NCBI GenBank assembly: GCA_037447605.1
Contig: CM074817.1
Location: 2,356,001 to 2,420,000 of the forward strand
Direction of reading: 5' to 3'
Source: Zygnema circumcarinatum SAG 698-1b
Lineage: Eukaryota > Plantae > Zygnematophyceae
Length of the DNA: 64,000 nucleotides
The notes beneath the pieces were generated by a model. The model was not told the origin of the DNA, searched no databases, and saw nothing but the letters and a program-made list of their open reading frames with translations. Shown in pieces: positions 47,614 to 60,385 of this stretch (its first letter is position 1; each line of letters begins with the position of its first letter). A program made the position numbers and the translations under genes.

Positions 47614-48598
47614 CCCATTCCGTTACACCGTTACAACATGTTCCGTTTTATAATGTTGCATAGAATGCGGGGCTGTATGTAGGCTTGTGCGTGGAAGAAG
47701 GGGAAGTCAGGGAGAGAGGCTCACTGATTTTGGATTGGCAGTTTTGGGACAGATTTCGTTTAGGCGTTATATGTTGCCATTAGGGTTCTAAGGTTTTTCA
47801 GATTTACACATGGATCGTCATTTAGCGTTGAGGCATCACGAGTCCAAGTTGTATGGGCCGATTATTTTTTCTACCATCATGCATGTTTGGGCGACAACAT
47901 GCTGACGTGGCCGTTCCTTGTTGGCTGTTCTATATGTGGAGCAAAGCGTATAACGAGAACAACAGATGGAAGGATTCTTTGAAGTAAGGCTCTGAGAGAT
48001 TTCATCCTCAACCCCTTTTTCGTTCTTTATTTGATAGCCCAATGAGTTCAACCCCAGTTCCCAATACAATGTCATCCATTGTTGCTTCTATTGCTCCTTT
48101 CTTTCCTTCCTAGCATGGTACACTCAATCTTCTAGCTACAGGGTTGGCATACTATCTACAGAGTAATCATCCAACTTCTGTGCCTGAAATCAGGATGCTA
48201 TGAATCAAGTCAAGTCAAACCAATCAGAGCCTACCGAGAAACGCTCATTTTAACTTCGGTTTCCTCCCAAGCAAATGTTTGATCAAAAAAGCGGGTCACA
48301 TCATTCCATCTTACGGCAGCACTGCTTCCATCTCAAAATTATCGTCACTCTCACTCCTTTCGGCCCAAAAACTACCTTCGCCTTCGCCTCTCTCCATCAA
48401 CCCTCGTCTCCTCTCACTCACCTCACCTCTCCTCTCCTCTTCTCTCCCTCTCCCACTCCTTTCTCCTATACTCCCACCCTCACTTCTGTACACTCACTAC
48501 CTAACCTAACCCTCGAAAACATCCATCTAGTCCCCCAAACCCATCTATTTTTTCACAAATAGTTTGTCGGATTTCCCAACACACTCACCTTTCATCAC

Positions 48599-51500
48599 TC
48601 ACCTTCCTTCTCTGCTCTCTCTCTCCTTGAAGGCATCAATGGCTGCCATCAGTCGGCCCTCCGTAAGTTGGTAAAGCCTTTTTTCTGCGATAGCGGTCGA
48701 TATTTCCACAAAGGGCCAATCCATGGCTTCCGCCGCTTCCTGCTCGTCGAGACCATCTCCGATGGCGCAGAATTTGACCGAAGAAAAATTTGAATCAGGC
48801 AAAAAACGCTCCTTGATCCACTTAAAGCATTGGAGCTTGCCCACATCACGGGAGCTGTAAACTGCAAATAAAACAAACAAAAAGGAGGGAGTGGGGGATA
48901 AGGGGGGGTGGGGGGGGGATGAAACTACCGAGGAGAAAACGTTTAAAAAACAAGGAGAAAACAAGAAAACCAAGATAGCATTCTAGGGATGGAAATGGGG
49001 AGGAGAGAGTAGTTCATTTCGGGAGATTGTTGAGCCCCTCTACCTTTCTCTTGATTAGTTTTGAGAATTTTAGGGTTTGCAGGCTCTCACTGTTCGCAGG
49101 ATGAATGAGGTGGTGGAGACGGAAAAGGAGGAGTTTGGCCAAAGTGGGGACGAGCTGCCCTGACGTCACGATCACGTTCACGTTCCTCCCTCCTCCACTC
49201 TCCCACACCTCTCTCTCTCCCTCTCCCTCTCCCTCTCCCTCTCCCTCTCCCTCTCCCTTTCCCTCACCCTCTTCCGCATCTCTCTCGCTCTTGTTAGAAT
49301 AGGCCACTCCCACTCCCTCCTCCTCCTTCTCCTTCCCTGTCACTATGCAGGGACCCTCAATTGGTTCGCCACTCTTTGAGCATTTTTCATACAAAAATTT
49401 GACCTTTTTCCCAACATCACTTTTGGTGATGTTTTCGACGTAGGACCGCTTCAAGCCGCCCCTCCCTGCATCACTTTTTCCTAACTTTATCGAGGAAGAT
49501 AATTTTCCGACCTGCCCGCCTGCCACCTGGCAAGCCAAAAGAAGCTTCCGGCCTGACAAAAGGAAAAATTTCCGAAAGGAGTCCATAAACAGTGCGCAAA
49601 ATGAAATAGAAAAAAAAGATGGGGAAAAAGAAAGGACGGAGAGGAGACAAAAACATTGAACAAATTAGAACGGAATTTCTCACATGTGAACCTTCTCGCC
49701 TAACGGAGACTGCTTCTTCTTCGGTTTATGTCTCTCCTTTCCGACAAAGGAACACAAAAACTTCCTTTCCTTTCCCCGCTTATTTTTCTTAATTCACTAT
49801 TACCTCGTTTTCCTCTTTACCTCTTTGAAGAAGTGTGGCTTGAGACAGAAGCAAACTCTCTCCCTCAGATTGCCTCCTCCTCTGCTCCCATTTCTTTTCT
49901 AATCACATCCATTAAGCGGCCTGCTGCTCAGCCATCATCTCGAATTATAACGAGAGGGAGAACATCATTACCACATTTTTCAAACCCTAACATCTCCCAA
50001 AACCTCTAAACACTGAAATCCGTAACAGCATGTAGAAATGTGCCAAGTTCTGAAGTTCTTCACCTTCGCTGAGCTGCTGGATGACAGATATTCCTTACTT
50101 GCGACAACTCCTTTGCTATGACACTCTCTCCTTCTCTCCCTCACTCTCTCCTTCTCTCCCTCTCTCTCTCTCTCTCCCTCTCTGCCTACCTCTCTCTCTC
50201 TCTCTCCCTCCCAGCGGTTCCTCTCCCATTGCAGTCTCTCCTTCCCCTCCTTCCCTCCCACCCGCTTCATTCTTTACAGCCTTCGGCATATGTGGCCCCC
50301 GCCAAATGGTTCTTTCTATGTTTAATTTTTCCCGCAGCATACTGAAAGTACGGGGCCTCTCCACCCTCCTTCACAGTAGGAGTAAACAATCCTCCAGTCT
50401 ACAAGTCCCCATCACTACAAAATGACCAAAACGGAGACTAAAAATCCCAAAACCCTCAAAATTCTCAAAACCTTGACCTCCTCCAAGGCCTACCCCCAAG
50501 ACCCCCTAAACCCTAAACCCTAAACCTTAAAGCCTAAACCCTAAACCCCCAACCCTAAAACCTGTACCTGCAGAGAGCCAACCGTCGGAGTACATATCGG
50601 TGCGCAGGTACAGCTGCCTCCACTCCTCCTCGCGCCTTCCGAGAAGCTTCTCCACCCCCTGCAGGAGAAGCAGGAGACCAGGATCAGAAAGAACCTTCCC
50701 CTCCCTCCTTTCTCCCTCCCTCCCCTCCCTCCCCCCTCCCTCCCTTCCTTCTCTCTCTCCCTCCCTCCTCTCCCATCCCACTCTCCCTCCCTCCCGCTGT
50801 CCCCTCCCCTCCCTCCTTCCCTCCCTCCCTCCCTCCCTCCCTCNNNNNNNNNNAAAAAAAAAAAAAAAAAAAATTAAGGGTAAAAAATGATGAGGAAGGA
50901 GAGAATTTCACTCTGTATTTTTTTTTTTTTTTTTGAAAATTACAGTTTTCAAAGATTTTGAAGGTTAGGTCAAACCTCTTCAAAGAACATGTGTTCATCG
51001 CAGATGTCCAAAATTAGCTTCTCCCACTTCTCTCCCACCTCCGCCCCCTCCCTCTCCTCCTTCGCCCCCTCCTCATGCTTAAGAGCAAATTTTCCGGTCA
51101 GAAGCGACTGAAAAATAATAAGAGTTTCGTCCAAATCCCACACAAAAACTTTTCTCTCCTCGCCCTTTTGTGAAATACTCCTTTTCTGTGGAAACTTTCT
51201 TGAACTTGCCTCAAAATCGAAGCTCTCCCTTTGTTTCTTATGCCTCACACTCTGTAACTCGTTTTTAACATTTTTTTCGCTGAAATTTTCTTCTTTCATT
51301 TCTGGTCCTCCGACCCCCCCCGTATGCGAACCCTCAACACTTATTTTCTCCATATTTTGCGGAGTACTGATTTGCTCCATATTTTGTGGAGTACTCGTTT
51401 CTCCCCCAACCTCTCCCGCCAAAACCGCGGTTTCCACCAATCGGGAGTCCACATATTGTCCCCTATTTTCCACATTTTCATCTACTGTACATCCATTTTC

Positions 51501-52681
51501 TAGACTATAATGTGACCGGAAATTCAAAAAATGAGAGTCCACATTCCCTCCCCTGAACCCTTCACCATTGTCTCCAAAACAAGGGTTGATGCTACTTTGA
51601 ATCACGGGAGGTGTTCTATGTTGAAATCCGTAAGATTGGCCGTAGAACGTTTCTCTGTCCGCCGTTGGCCCTCCGTAAAACGTGTGCATAGAACCCCAGT
51701 TGTTGCCATCTCCGTATCCGTAATACGGGACGGAAAAATTACTCGAATAATTCAAGTGAGGAGGAGGGACTCCTTGATTTCCAAAACCGAAACCGGTACC
51801 GCTTGGATCAGTCGGCCAACTGGATGCTGCCAAGTGTCCAGCTTCTGAAGGTAAATCCACAAAAGGACCACCTGGTGTGGATCCACCCAGCGTAGGTCCA
51901 CCTGGCATAGGTCCACCTGGCCTAGGGCTATTCAGAATAGGCCCACCTGGCATAGGTCCACCTGGCATAGGTCCACCTGGCATAGGTCCACCTGGCATAG
52001 GTCCACCTGGCATAGGTCCACCTGGCGGAGGCCAGCTGGCAGGAGGCGGGCCAAAAGTTGAAGCTCTCACAGGCGGTGGAGGTAGAACTGGGGGAGGCCC
52101 AATCCCTGCCGGCCATTCTGGGGGAGGTCCACCTGGGGGTCCATGCCAAGCTGCTCCGTTCGCTCCAAACTGAAACTGTGCAGATTGGCTCCATGGAACT
52201 CCGCCGGCCTCAGGCTCGTGGCGGACATTTGCAATGGCCCTTTTAGAGGGTTGAAATGCGGGTAGATTAGAAAATAAAGGACGCTCCAATGATGGATGGC
52301 TAGAGGGAGGAGGTGGAGGGGGAAAATTTTGGGGAGCTGCCCGAGGAGGCTGTGGAGCTTGGAGGGCTGGTGGCAAATATGTGTTCTGAAAAAAGCAGTA
52401 AAACACCAAAAAAGGGAGGGGGAAAGGAGGGGAGGAGATGGGTAATGAGCTATTTGGAAAGCAGATATGCTTTAGCCAATAGTTAAAGTCAAATATGTAT
52501 GAGTGGAATTTTCCTAGTGTTGTGAAATAGCTTTGGAAAGATCGATGCATTGCCTAAAGGGTTTTATAAAATTGAATTTTACGCTTTAAGAAGTTTTTCA
52601 AAACAATACCTGCGGTGTCGACCAGTGCCCGTAAATCTCACTGTAGATGTTTGAATTATTCACTTTCTCGCCCCGCTCCAT
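48599..52681 (-). CDS. EYA: Eyes absent (EYA)-family HAD protein phosphatase with long Pro/Gly-rich N-terminal extension
   Basis: KVFVWDLDETLIIFQSLLTGKF…WEKLILDICDEHMFFEE…RQLYLRTDMYSDGWLSA…NVIVTSGQLVPTLAKLLLFRL…YSSRDVGKLQCFKWIKERF…FCAIGDGLDEQEAAEAMDWPF. Exon 1 (52610-52681) splices in phase 0 to the long exon. The 3' end is approximate. Confidence 0.92.
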
Positions 52682-52930
52682 GCTTATTGAGCTTTGCCGA
52701 AAACCCTAAAAGCCCTAAACCAGAGGAAAGGGAAAATGTGTAATACGAGTCATTTAAAAAATAAACCAAAGGAACAAACCGACGCGGAAAACCGTTGCTT
52801 TCTCAGTCTCCAACCCATCTATGCTTGAACATAAATGCAGAGAATAGTGGTGTGAACAGAAACAGTTTGTGAACACTCCATCACAATCCTCAAAACTGCT
52901 TCAAATCCTAAAGGCCACCTCCGCTAAGGT

Positions 52931-53370
52931 CCTAACCCTAACCCTAACCCTAACCCTAACCCTAACCCTAACCCTAACCCTAACCCTAACCCTAACCCTA
53001 ACCCTAACCCTAACTCCTAACTCCTAACTCCTAACCCTAACTCCTAACTCCTAACCTCTAACCCTAACTCCTAACCTCCTAACCCTAACTCCTAACCTCC
53101 TAACCCTAACTCCTAACCCTAACCTCTAACCCTCCTAACCCTAACCCTAACCCTAACCCTAACCCTAACCCTAACCCTAACCCTAACTCCTAACTCCTAA
53201 TCCCTAACTCCTATCCCTAACCCTAACCTCTAACCCTAACCCTAACCCTAACCTCTAACTCCTAACCCTAACCCTAACCCTAACCCTAACCCTAACCCTA
53301 ACCCTAACCCTAACCCTAACCCTAACCCTAACCCTAACCCTAACCCTAACCCTAGCCCTAACCCTAACCC
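52931..53370. repeat. Interstitial telomere-like array (CCCTAA)n with CTCCTAA/CCTCTAA variants
   Basis: About 70 hexamer units read directly. Confidence 0.95.
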
Positions 53371-53931
53371 TTTGGAAGATATGAATTATTTATTTATTTG
53401 CACACAAAACAGCCCTAACTCACTCCTCCAACTGCTCCTGCCCGAGGGCAAGCAGAGCCTCTCCCTCACCTCGCCAGTGCGCCCTCCGACAGGAACGGGT
53501 GCAGAATCTTCAGCTTTCTAAAATGCTCTTGTGCACAGGACGACCTCCGAGAGCACAGAATTTTTTTTTTTTTTGGTTTTTAAATCGAAAATGTCTGGAG
53601 TTAGATCATAGGCGGATCAAGTTCCGCGTTCGTTGCCTTTAGACGATATCAATATGATACGATACGATACGATACAGTATGATACGACAAGATACGGTAC
53701 GCCGTAATCGTAAAGAAGCGCCCGTAAAACCGTACCATTCCATTCGCTGCCGTACAGCAGAAACCGTCACGATGACGCAACACGCGTACGAAAGCACCGT
53801 ATTTCGGCTCTTACTGTTCAGGTAGAAATTCCTAACCACAAGCCTCAACAACAACTTGGCGGCCATTTGGTAAAAAAATTATCTAAGTATTCCTTCGAGA
53901 CTCTCTAGTCTTTCGAGGGAATGGAAGTGGC

Positions 53932-54040
53932 ATTGATCTCACGATGGCGATGAGGCCATCAAATGTACATGGCCAAAATCAGCATGGGGAACACGAGGAA
54001 CTACTTGCAAAGGACCTAAGGGCAAAAGAAAAAAGCTAGG
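53932..54040. repeat. Dispersed copy of the 920-1115 repeat family
   Basis: attgatctcacgatggcgatgaggccatcaaatgtacatggccaaaatcagcatggggaacacg…gcaaaggacctaag aligns with 920-1015 and with the reverse complement of 1048-1115. Confidence 0.75.
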
Positions 54041-54650
54041 AGCGGAAAGTTGTAGCAATTCCAGGTCGCTAGTTGCAATGAGTGCGTGCCGTTCGTTATA
54101 TCGCGAGACCTGCTGATTCTCGTATGACTATGATTGACTCTTGACCAAAATTAAACTCGAAATTTAAAACAGTTTCGTTCAAATTATTCCCACGTTTAGT
54201 TGGTTCTTCATGCGAAATTGAACTGAGAGGTTACTGTACATGTGACAGCGTCACCACCGTAAGATCCGTAATGCACATCCGCCCAGTTTCGTTGCTCACT
54301 CATGATAACTGACGGTCCAATCACACGTGTCACACGTGTTTAACCTTCGCAACAATTAGCGCCAGGCACTAAGGATGAAATTTATCAAACAATTCAGCAC
54401 AAAGGAACCGCCCCTTTTTGTTGTTAGAAACGCAACAAAATCGATTCGACCCAAAGGGCCCAAACGTTTGAACACTTCGATTCCTCGACAAGGCCATTCA
54501 TGAACTCATTTTCCGAGCTCGACATTTGCTCTATGTACAACAGTGAAGCAAGTGATGTCTCCCTCTCCCTCTCCCTCTCCCTCCCTCTCTCCCGCTCCCT
54601 CCCTCTCTCTCTCCCTCTCTCTCTCTCTCCCTCGCCCTCTCCCTCGCCTC

Positions 54651-54967
54651 TTACAGGTACACCCTTTTGGGCGGATTCTTCGTGCGATTTTTGCAGAGAG
54701 GGCAGAGCTTGTTGCCATTTTTCCAGAGATCCATCGCGCAGCGCAGGCACGTCTGCGCGTGCTGGCAGTCAAAGGTCGCGCGTTGGATCTCGACACCGTC
54801 GAAGTAATCGAGGCAAATGCAACACTCCTGCATGCAACCAACCAAAGGGGCACAAGTTTTAGGGTTTCAAAGGCGCTTCAAAGTAGTTGCGGAGAGGGAG
54901 AGGGAGAGGGAGAGGAAGAGGGAGAGGGAGAGGGAGAGGGAGAGGGAGAGGGAGAGGNNNNNNNNNN

Positions 54968-55019
<52 letters not shown>

Positions 55020-55020
55020 C

Positions 55021-55053
<33 letters not shown>

Positions 55054-58000
55054 GGAGAGGGAGAGAGAGAGGGTTACAGGGAGCGAGAGAGCGAGAGAAA
55101 GAGAGAGGGTTACAGAGAGAGAGAGAGAGGGTTACAGAGAGAGAGAGAGAGATGGTTACACAGAGAGAGAGAGAGAGAGAGAGAGGGTAACAGAGAGAGA
55201 GAGAGAGAGAGAGAACGGGGAAAGGGGAGGTTTAGGCAGAACAAAGGGGCATGCCGAGAGCATATCCTAACAAAGCATAAGATTCACTATCTCAAAGGCC
55301 TAGGTTTGGAGCAATTTTGACTTTTGTACTCTTCAAATAATAAATTGAAGGAAGCCATGAGCAATTAACATCAACATCCTTCATTGTATCCAACTACTCA
55401 CCCCTTGCGTGACCTTCTTCATCTCCTCCTCGTGTTTCTGATTGAGTTCAAATCGCAACTTCTGTTGCTCCTTTTTAAACTGCAAGAAAGGAACAATGAG
55501 AAATCAACAACAGACTCTTAAACCGGCCTGCTGAAAGCAGGAGTTGAGAGAAAAAGATCCCTCCCCCTCCCTCCTGCTCCCTCTTCCTCCCCCCTCTCCC
55601 TCCTGCACCCTCATCCTCCGCCCCCTCCCCTCTCCCCCCTCCCTCCCCGCCTCCCCCCATGCCCCCTCCCCCTGCCCCCTCCCGCCTCCCTCCTCCCCCC
55701 TCTCCCNNNNNNNNNNCCCACTCCCTCCCCTTCCCCCCCTCCTCCCTCTTCCCCCCCTACCTTCAGCCTCTCCTCGTCGAGCTTCCTCTCCAACTCCAGC
55801 TCCAACTCTTTACTCCTTGCGTCCTGCTCCTCCTTTTCGCGCTCTTGCCGGAGCATGGTCTCCTCCGAGCGTTGCGCATCGGCCTTCTTGCGCTGCAACT
55901 TCTCCTTTTCTAAGGCTTGAGCCCTGGGGTAGAGGGAGAGGGACGAGGAGGAGAGAGTGAGAGTGAGTGAGTTAGAGCCTACAACTAGAGCTGCTTGCTA
56001 CCTAACAAGAACAAGGCATGTTAAGAAATAAATGAGAGACGACGATAATATGTCACGCACTTCGTCACTTCTTGTTGTATTCTTTTGTCTTGCTCTTTCA
56101 AAATGCGCTGCTTTTCTCGTATTTGATTTTGGGCTAAGATAAAATTTTCTCGGGCTCTTTTCGCCTCTTTGGCATTCTCCTCCTCCAGAGCCTTCAACGT
56201 CTGTGTGAATCTCTGCTTCATGTCCGAAATCTGCATTAACGAATGGGAAACATAGAACGAAAACATTACAATTAAGAATCACAGAGTTTCGAGTCGTTGC
56301 ATATAATCCCTTTGTAATCTAATTTGAATTATTCCCTCTCTCCTCCCCACCCTCCCTCACGCTTATGTCTCGCTCTCCCTCCCCCGTCTCTCCTTCACTC
56401 CCATCTCTCTGTATCTCTCTTTCACGTCCATCTCCCACTCTTTCTCTCCCTCCCCCGTCTCTCCCACACGCCACCTTTTTATCAGCCTCTTCAGCCCGTG
56501 TTTTGAGTCCAAAAATCGTGGCCTTGTGCACTTGCTCTTTGGCTTCCAATAACTGATTACGTTCCTCAAGCCGAATATGCTCCTGCAAAAAAAAAGGGGG
56601 AAAAAAGAACCTATGCTTTTTGGTAATTCTTACTTCAAAGAATTCGCTAAGCATTTCCGCATGCACAGCTTACTAAAGAGTCGTGGTAAACCTGCAACCT
56701 CTTATAGTAAGTTTTAGCTGTTTTTAACCCATTTCAAAACAAGACATAAAAAGGTAAAAGAATTGAAGTTTACCACTTTTGCTCGTTTTGTCGGTTCTTC
56801 AACCATGGTTGCATATGAGGTCTCCATCCATTTAACAAATTTCTTTTGTGGATCGAGCCGCTTCATATCTTCCACTCGTGCCATGTAAGCGTAAATGATT
56901 TGTTTACCATCTTCACTGACTAATTTGCGCTTTCCACTTTGTTGTACCACCTCCCACTCTTTCAACCCTCGCTTCGTTCTGACCATCTCCTCTTGCAACT
57001 TTACTGCTTGAAGATACCCCTCTAATGAAGGCGGAAACTGCACAAAATTAATTCCCATATGACCATCCCGTCCATATCTCGGTTTCGCATTCACCACACT
57101 ATAGTCTCGAAACAAAGATTTTATGTCGTCATTAGTAAGGCCGACATAAAGATTTGTCGACTCATCTATCTTTGTCCGAGTATTCTCTACAAGCACAACA
57201 GGAGGCCAAACTATATGGTAATCCTGAGCGCGCTTCACATCGGCTCGGCCTTCCGGCTTTTCAATTGTCGAGGAAAGACCTGCACATAGGGTTTCAAGAT
57301 TTAGGCATTTATAGTTTCGTGGTAAATCACATATTGAATATAAGAAGGGCCCAACCAGCTTGCTTTAGCCAGCCAGCCTCACAGTTTTATCATGACTTCA
57401 CATGAGGGCAAAGTAATCAAAGAAACAAGCACAGCAACGAACAGCATTTAAAGACCAGTATTCTAATTTTGATTTCTCGGCTCAATCACAAAGAAAAAGC
57501 TACCAAGAGCCTAATCAATTTAGGGCCCATATTGAAAGGCAAGATTTTTCCTCACACCTAGCAATTGAACTTTATTCAGTTCTTAAGTTCTTTTAAATTA
57601 AAAAAGGAATAGCGACAGATTACAAAAAAGCCAGGAGAAAATTTTGAGTGTAAATTTTGTTATCAAATAACTTACCTCGAAACTCTCGAAGGGCCAAATC
57701 CAAACCACGATGACGAAATTTGTTGGTTCCGCTAGTCAGTGCATGCTGCTGTAGCCCCTTCAAACCGATAATTCCCTGAAAAAAAAAAAAGGGGGGTGAA
57801 GAGGGAGGGAGGGAGAGAGGGAGGGAGGGAGGGACCATATAAAATCTCATCATATAAAAAAGACAAAGCGGCTCATAAGCTAAAGAATAGCGTTGCGCTT
57901 CAGCCGACCTCACTTTCGAGTGCTTTAGAAGCTCAATCCTGAAAAGGGTCTATGCAGTTGTAAATGCAAAAGGAGAAAATATCGAATTTGCCAGCACAGA

Positions 58001-58972
58001 GAGAAACAGAAGGGTAGGAAAGAGAGTGACTACAAAGTGAAGTCAAAGCTCTCCGCCCATCTCTAAAGAATTTGCGATTTTGCGCTTAGAAAATAGCATC
58101 CAGGATAAAATGACTCCCAAAAAAACACAAGCTCTTTCCTAACCCGACCACTAACCTTAACCCTAAAAAGCATCCAAACCTCAGCTTACCAGGCGGCGGC
58201 AGACAGGGCAAGTCACTTTCGCATAGTTTTCAAGTTCATTCTTGTCCCAGTTTTCCCATCTCTTGCGAATCTCAATCGCATACTCCTTTTGCAACTTCTT
58301 TATCTTCCTTAAATTCTCCTCCTTTTGGTCTTCATCGTCGAAGTCACTGTCTTCATATTCATCATCTTCGGGGTCATTTTCTCCTTCACTTGCATCCCCA
58401 GCATACTCCCTATTCTCCTCCGGCACTTGAACATTCTGCTCACGCATCATCGTCTCCCTATCCTCTGCGTCCGCCGCAGGCCGCGCATTGAATCCAGGAG
58501 GGAGTGAAGAATGACTACTGGAAGGCCGTTCAGAATGGTGGTAGGAATTCATGAGCTTGCGCTTGTCCTGAAGAGCAAGAGACAGAGAGAAGAGGGAGAG
58601 GGAGAGGGAGAGTGGGAGAGGGAGAGGGAGAGGAAGAGGGAGAGGGATAGGGATAAGGAGAGGGAGAGGGAGAGAGGTCAAGCAAAGGAGAGAGAGAAAT
58701 TTTTTATCGCTATCTTTCAGAAGCACCTGAGCGACAAGAAACTGTGAGGGAGAGAGGGAGAGGGAGAGGGAAAAGGACAAGAGCCCTTTCAACTGACCTG
58801 CACTCAAAATCTCAGCTGTGAAGCAAGAAAGGGGGGTGCGATTTCCGACATTCATAAGCAAAAAAAAAAAAAAATGCAAACACAGATATAGGCGGGACAT
58901 AAATCTGCATATCATTTGAAAGCTCACAAGCGAGGGAACCTGTACCTGATATGCTGAATCTGAGCGGTCCAT
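54651..58972 (-). CDS. SGS3-like protein (zf-XS, XS, coiled coil) with C-terminal RING finger, about 9 exons
   Basis: Acidic region, CPVC…GLKGLQQHA…RHRGL (zf-XS), IVWPPVVLVENTR…YGRDGHMGINFVQF…EGYLQA…IIYAYMA (XS), four coiled-coil exons, then ECCICLDY…FDCQHAQTCLRC…CPLC (RING). All junctions checked from the XS exon onward are phase-consistent. Confidence 0.85.
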
Positions 58973-59744
58973 GTTCGATCCCAAAAAATTAATTCTGTAG
59001 AAACTGCAATGCAGAGAGTGGAGGATAAATGATTTCTCCCCAGTTCAATTCTTCAATCCTGAATTACTAAAACTAAGTTCTGACTGATTTTCTACAATAT
59101 CTGAAGTCTGAAGCTCTGTGGGCCCTATATACGATTCACACAAACCCAGCCGCCAACACGTTCATGTTCAACAACATCATAAGGGCCATACGATTTCAGA
59201 GGGTCTAGGGATTCTCGAAGGCTTGAAGCACTTGACAGATGGCATCACGTTAGTGGTTAACGTGCAAAAAGTCAGCGTTGACCAGTAGCACGTGGCACAT
59301 CCACATCCGTCGATTTGCGATAGCCATCCGTACACTATCCATGTTGTCACCTAAGAAACTGTTCCAGTTTGACGGATGCAGTCAGTCACAGTCAGGGAAA
59401 TGGAAGGAACCTCCATGTCAGGGTGATTCTATGTGATCAAATTTTCGTTACCATAAATAAGTCGTCCCAACAGTTCAGTTCACAGTTTTCGAGAACTAAA
59501 TTGGAACAGCGTGACCGTCACATGTGCGTCGTGACATCCATCACAGGAATCTTGTACGGCATCACGGATTGCTGTCAAACTGAGAGCATGGAAAGGCCAC
59601 ATCCAACGGAGCTGAAGGCACAACTGGCTGTTGGCTGCAACCGTTTACATGCTGCGCGGGATCCGTTGACTACATGGATAGTAAGGAGAAATGGGAAGTG
59701 AATTACCGGACGAACGGTTGGACTGATTGCAATCCTTGAAAATA

Positions 59745-59895
59745 ATGGTTGGCAACGATTGGCAATGGTTGGAACTTGGCACCGAGTGGGGATACAGCCA
59801 ACCATTGCCTGTGGTTTGGACCATTGGTTGGTGGGCAAAACCAAATACTGGCAATGAATGGTTCGAACCACTGGTCGCCAATGGTTGCCAGCCAT
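59745..59895. repeat. Diverged TGGTTGGCAAC(CA) palindrome array
   Basis: atggttggcaac, gccaaccatt, ccattggttgg and atggttgccagccat resemble the arrays at 1315-1426 and 2674-2893. Confidence 0.55.
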
Positions 59896-60069
59896 AGTCA
59901 TCATGATGAAAGAAGCTGCGACAAGGCAGGAAGTCGTTGCATGCTTTATTCATAAAATAACTCCCGAATGCTTTTACTAGCCTACCTTTGAACTTGCTGC
60001 ATTCAGCTGGAAAGAAAGGACGCTTCCTTGTCTGCCTGTGCACAATTTTTCAGAGCAAAAGCCTAAACA

Positions 60070-60360
60070 ACTGACCTGACCTGAACCAAGCTGAACTAAA
60101 CTGACTTTTTTTTACTTACCTTCTCTGAACTGAACTTATCTCAACTGTACCTGAATTGAACTGATCTCAACTGATCTGAACTGTAACTGAACCGACCTTC
60201 TCTGATCTGAACTGGCCTAAACTGTAACAGTAACTGTAACTGAACTGCCCCTTCCCGATCTGAACTGACCTAAACTGTAACTGTAACTGTAACTGTAACT
60301 GAAGTGCCTTTTTCTGATCTGACCTAAACCTAAACTGTAACTGTAACTGTAACTGAAACT
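60070..60360. repeat. Compound (GAACT)n/(AACTGT)n microsatellite downstream of SNAPC3
   Basis: ctgaactgaact and aactgtaactgt tracts read directly. Confidence 0.8.
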
Positions 60361-60385
60361 GCCCTTGCCGCCATAGAGCGCGGCC

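Noticed and set aside
49240-49310. Poly-(GE) insertion in the EYA domain as a functional module
   Set aside because: Explained by a (GAGGGA)n microsatellite common throughout the window, tolerated in a probable loop.
52931-53370. True chromosome end
   Set aside because: Unique genic sequence continues on both sides, so the array is interstitial in this assembly.
59595-59725. MSA-like (CAACGG) cell-cycle motifs upstream of the SGS3-RING gene
   Set aside because: Short, imperfect matches that cannot be told from chance.
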